Shown here: one piece after another, positions 27,674 through 30,607 of the stretch
Position numbering within the stretch: position 1 is the stretch's first letter
Layout: each line of letters starts with the position of its first letter
NCBI GenBank assembly: GCA_043732185.1
Contig: JAYTHY010000075.1
Coordinates: 1 to 30,607 of the forward strand
From: Fibrobacteria bacterium
GTDB lineage: Bacteria; Fibrobacterota; Fibrobacteria; UBA11236
DNA: 30,607 nt
Direction: 5' to 3'
Program-made: the position numbers and the translations under genes
Notes under the pieces: model-generated
Databases searched by the model: none
Told to the model about the DNA's origin: nothing
The model's input: only the letters and a program-made list of their open reading frames with translations

Positions 27674-28462
27674 ATGACCGCCGAAAATGAAGACTTTGAA
27701 AATGAAGACTTTGAAACCGAAGGCCAGGATTCCCAGGCGCCGGATCCGCTCTCCGCTCTGGCAGCTGGGCTGTACTTAGTTGCCACGCCCATCGGCAATC
27801 TCGAGGACATCACTTTTCGGGCCGTGCGCATTCTTAAAACCGTCGACTTGATTCTCGCTGAGGATACGCGGCATTCCCGCGTGCTGCTCAGTCATTACGG
27901 AATTGCACGTCCCTCGGAAAGTTATAATGATTTTAATAAAGAAAAGCGGACACCGGCGTTTCTTGAAAAATTGAAAGACGGTCAGCGCCTTGCGCTTATC
28001 TGCGACGCGGGCACACCCGGAATCGCAGACCCGGCCTTTAACCTGGTGAAGGCAGCTTTGGCCGAAGGCATTCGGGTTTTTCCGGTTCCCGGTCCCTGCG
28101 CCATGGTTGCAGCTTTAACCGCCTCGGGGCTTCCTACGGATCGCTTTGCCTTTGAAAATTTTCCTCCCAAAAAATCCGCCCAGAGGTTGCGCAAGCTGGA
28201 AACGTTGAAACAGCGTTATGGCGGAGAGGAACAACACGCACCCACATTACTGTTCTATGTGTCCCCACATCAAATCCGACAATTCCTTGAAGAAATTGCC
28301 TCGGTTTTTGGAGAGGAAATGCACGTGGTTCTAGGTCGGGAAATAACCAAAAAATTTGAGGAGTTTCTGGCTGGCCCGGTTACTAAAATCCGAGAGCATT
28401 ACCGGGAACGAACACCAAAAGGGGAATTTGTTTTGATGTTACATCCCCAGAATAAACGGTAA
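27674..28462 (+). CDS. rsmI: 16S rRNA (cytidine(1402)-2'-O)-methyltransferase
   Basis: Motifs LYLVATPIGNLEDITFRA, AEDTR, DAGTPGIADP, PVPGP.A, RE.TK.FEE, KGEFVL. Confidence 0.95.
   Translation: MTAENEDFENEDFETEGQDSQAPDPLSALAAGLYLVATPIGNLEDITFRAVRILKTVDLILAEDTRHSRVLLSHYGIARPSESYNDFNKEKRTPAFLEKLKDGQRLALICDAGTPGIADPAFNLVKAALAEGIRVFPVPGPCAMVAALTASGLPTDRFAFENFPPKKSAQRLRKLETLKQRYGGEEQHAPTLLFYVSPHQIRQFLEEIASVFGEEMHVVLGREITKKFEEFLAGPVTKIREHYRERTPKGEFVLMLHPQNKR
27683..27716 (+). repeat. Perfect 15-nt tandem duplication (ENEDF x2) in the rsmI N-terminal extension
   Basis: gaaaatgaagacttt gaaaatgaagacttt gaaa. Confidence 0.85.
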
Positions 28463-30006
28463 TGCTGCGACGCTGGCCCACCTTGGCTTGGCTCGCGCTA
28501 TTTTCGCTGGCGTGGGCGTTGTGTTATCCCCCCTTTCCCCTGGGGCCATTGGCCTTTGTTGTTCTGGTCCCGACCTTTGCATTAACCCTTCGCCTCAACC
28601 TTAAGCAGGCCTTCTGGTACAACTTTCTCGCCGGCATTGTTTATAACGTTGTCATGTATTGGTGGATTTACAATGTGATGAAGGTGGGACCCGCCCTCAT
28701 CATCGGTATGGGACTCATTCTCCTCATCCTCTTTTTATCCTTCTTCAATGGACTGCTGGGCTGGTTGTTTCGCCTCCTGGCCTTCCACCGTTATGGCCTG
28801 TGGGCTTACCCTTTCCTGTGGGGAGGTCTTGAGGTGCTGCGCACACGCGGGGAAATGTCCTTTCCATGGAACGACATGGGATATACGCTCGGCAACCATC
28901 CTAGCTTAATTCAAGCAGCCTCCATGCTGGGAATTTTCGGGCTTTCCATAGCTATCGTCGCATGCAATGTATTGGCATTGGTTGCATGGCGCAGCCAGGG
29001 GCGAAGGCGATTATTTATTGGCATGGTAGCCGCAGCGATACCCTTGGGGCTAGCCGTGGAAGGATTTTTTTCCCTCTCCCGCCCGGATCCAACGGAACAA
29101 GGTCAGCTGGATATTAGCCTAGTGCAGCCTTCCATTCCGCAAACAAAGAAATGGGACGAACATTATTTTCAGGCCGTAATGCAAAAAACCTGGGATGCCA
29201 TGGATGGTCCGGATGGTGCCTCGCTCATTCAGGGAAGCGATCTAGTCGTCCTTGCGGAAACGGCTGTGCCGGATTTTCTGCGAAGCCGCAGCGAGTTGTA
29301 TGGAAAGTTTCAAAACAAGGCCCAACAAACCGGGGCGGATTTTCTAGTCGGTGCACTTGACTTTGTACCGGATCCAAAACCCTATCATACCTACCTTTTT
29401 TACAATTCTGCATTTTTGTTTTCTGGAAAAAACGCCAAAGACTCGGTGCGTCAATATTCCAAACTGCGGCTCGTCCCTTTCAGCGAACGCCTGCCATTTG
29501 ACGACGTCTTCCCGATCATCAACTATGTAAATTTAGGAGAAGGCGACTTCTCCTCTGGTCCGGACTATGCTGTATGGAAGCATGGCGTTGCCTACTCGCC
29601 CTCCATCTGCTATGAAATTATTTATCCTGACTTCGCGCGTGGTGCCAGGCGCAGAGGCGCCGAATTGCTGGTGAATATCACCAACGACGGTTGGTTTGGA
29701 TTCAGCAACGCGCCTTTTCAACACGCCAATATCGCCCGCTTCCGCGCCATCGAGGTGGGGGCCCCCATTGCCCGCTGTTCCAATGCCGGTATAAGTATTT
29801 TCTATGACTATAAAGGTCGGATTCTGGGAAAAACACGTTTACAGGAGCAAACAGTACTCCGAAAACGCATACCGATTATTTCGCGTAGCACTTGGTACTT
29901 GCGCCATGGCGATGCCGTAGAGGGAATTTTGTTTTGGATGTTTCTGGCGGGGTTGGCTGGCGCCATCACAATTGCGTGGCGGAAATCGCCTCGCCAATAT
30001 CCTTAG
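28462..30006 (+). CDS. lnt: Apolipoprotein N-acyltransferase
   Basis: Multiple TM helices; FPW..GY, VQPSI.Q..KW; nitrilase-fold triad LAET / YSK..LVPFSE / ICYE; NITNDGWF, RAIE; TAATG overlap with rsmI. Confidence 0.96.
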   Translation: MLRRWPTLAWLALFSLAWALCYPPFPLGPLAFVVLVPTFALTLRLNLKQAFWYNFLAGIVYNVVMYWWIYNVMKVGPALIIGMGLILLILFLSFFNGLLGWLFRLLAFHRYGLWAYPFLWGGLEVLRTRGEMSFPWNDMGYTLGNHPSLIQAASMLGIFGLSIAIVACNVLALVAWRSQGRRRLFIGMVAAAIPLGLAVEGFFSLSRPDPTEQGQLDISLVQPSIPQTKKWDEHYFQAVMQKTWDAMDGPDGASLIQGSDLVVLAETAVPDFLRSRSELYGKFQNKAQQTGADFLVGALDFVPDPKPYHTYLFYNSAFLFSGKNAKDSVRQYSKLRLVPFSERLPFDDVFPIINYVNLGEGDFSSGPDYAVWKHGVAYSPSICYEIIYPDFARGARRRGAELLVNITNDGWFGFSNAPFQHANIARFRAIEVGAPIARCSNAGISIFYDYKGRILGKTRLQEQTVLRKRIPIISRSTWYLRHGDAVEGILFWMFLAGLAGAITIAWRKSPRQYP

Positions 30007-30448
30007 CACGACGTAGAAAAGGTTTGGCCTCACCGGCCGCCTCTGCCACCAGAATTTTTTTACCGGATATGGATATGGCCACCCAGTAGCAGTAGTCTTT
30101 ATTGCCGACGGGAGCTGCCATTTTTAGGAGCGCGGCAGCTGTTCCACCCATGACGCAATCGGAATCGGAAAGAATTCGGTAACCCGCTTGGCTCATTCTT
30201 GTTTTCATGGCTTGGCGCCAAAAAGCCAAATCCGCTTGTGGATTATTTTTCTCCGTTCGCACACTGAACAGCAACCCCTCCGGACTTACGGCCCGAAAAT
30301 CAGCAGACGAAAAAAGGCTACCCGGATAACGGGCAAATTCTCGCGGAGCCACAGCATGAGGGGCGCAACCTACCCATAAAAAAGCCGCCATACCCAATGC
30401 AACCCCGTATCGAATAGAAGCGGAAATGCACCAGCAATTTACGGACAT
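29966..30448 (-). CDS. Hypothetical lipoprotein
   Basis: AGGAG before ATG 30448 (ORF track starts 30466); lipobox-like WVGC. Confidence 0.65.
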   Translation of the reverse strand: MSVNCWCISASIRYGVALGMAAFLWVGCAPHAVAPREFARYPGSLFSSADFRAVSPEGLLFSVRTEKNNPQADLAFWRQAMKTRMSQAGYRILSDSDCVMGGTAAALLKMAAPVGNKDYCYWVAISISGKKILVAEAAGEAKPFLRRAKDIGEAISATQL

Positions 30449-30452
30449 CCTT

Positions 30453-30607
30453 TTACTCCTTCGCATAATGGAAATGATCCAAAAGAGTATGCAGATCCAG
30501 TCGGTTCAACCAAAGGAACCGCGACTGGCCAGTAGCTAACGGTGCCGTTCGATCCGGAAACCGAAAACTAACGGCCAAATGGGCATATTGCATACGATCT
30601 TGCAACT
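30453..30607 (-). CDS. 3' end of an upstream gene, possibly DUF4349-like (partial)
   Basis: Manual translation ...LQDRMQYAHLAVSFRFPDRTAPLATGQSRFLWLNRLDLHTLLDHFHYAKE*; open from the window edge, stop just before the next start. Family call is from recalled pattern only. Confidence 0.55.
   Translation of the reverse strand, partial: LQDRMQYAHLAVSFRFPDRTAPLATGQSRFLWLNRLDLHTLLDHFHYAKE

Overview
Gene-dense bacterial chromosomal window with no tRNA, rRNA, CRISPR or mobile element that I can see. The gene content suggests Fibrobacterota / FCB group (inference from a TIGR02147-family gene, a C25/PorU-like peptidase and T9SS/FlgD-Ig-like C-terminal sorting domains). Housekeeping genes are an FKBP PPIase, pyc, prc, cmk-rpsA, rsmI and lnt. 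They are interleaved with envelope and regulatory genes of poorly known function. The strongest candidates for an undescribed system are: (i) a translationally coupled cassette of TIGR02147 regulator, lipoprotein and Tat-exported intradiol dioxygenase carrying a C-terminal sorting domain, preceded by palindromic operators and an output-less multi-GAF sensor; (ii) a 1611-aa PorU-like C25 peptidase in an apparent operon with a lipoprotein, rsmI and lnt; (iii) a membrane-anchored protein with a Zalpha-like winged helix; (iv) a sigma54-type promoter architecture in front of an atypical HxlR regulator that converges on a stand-alone DUF1016-N gene. All family calls come from motifs recognised by eye; no database searches were run.
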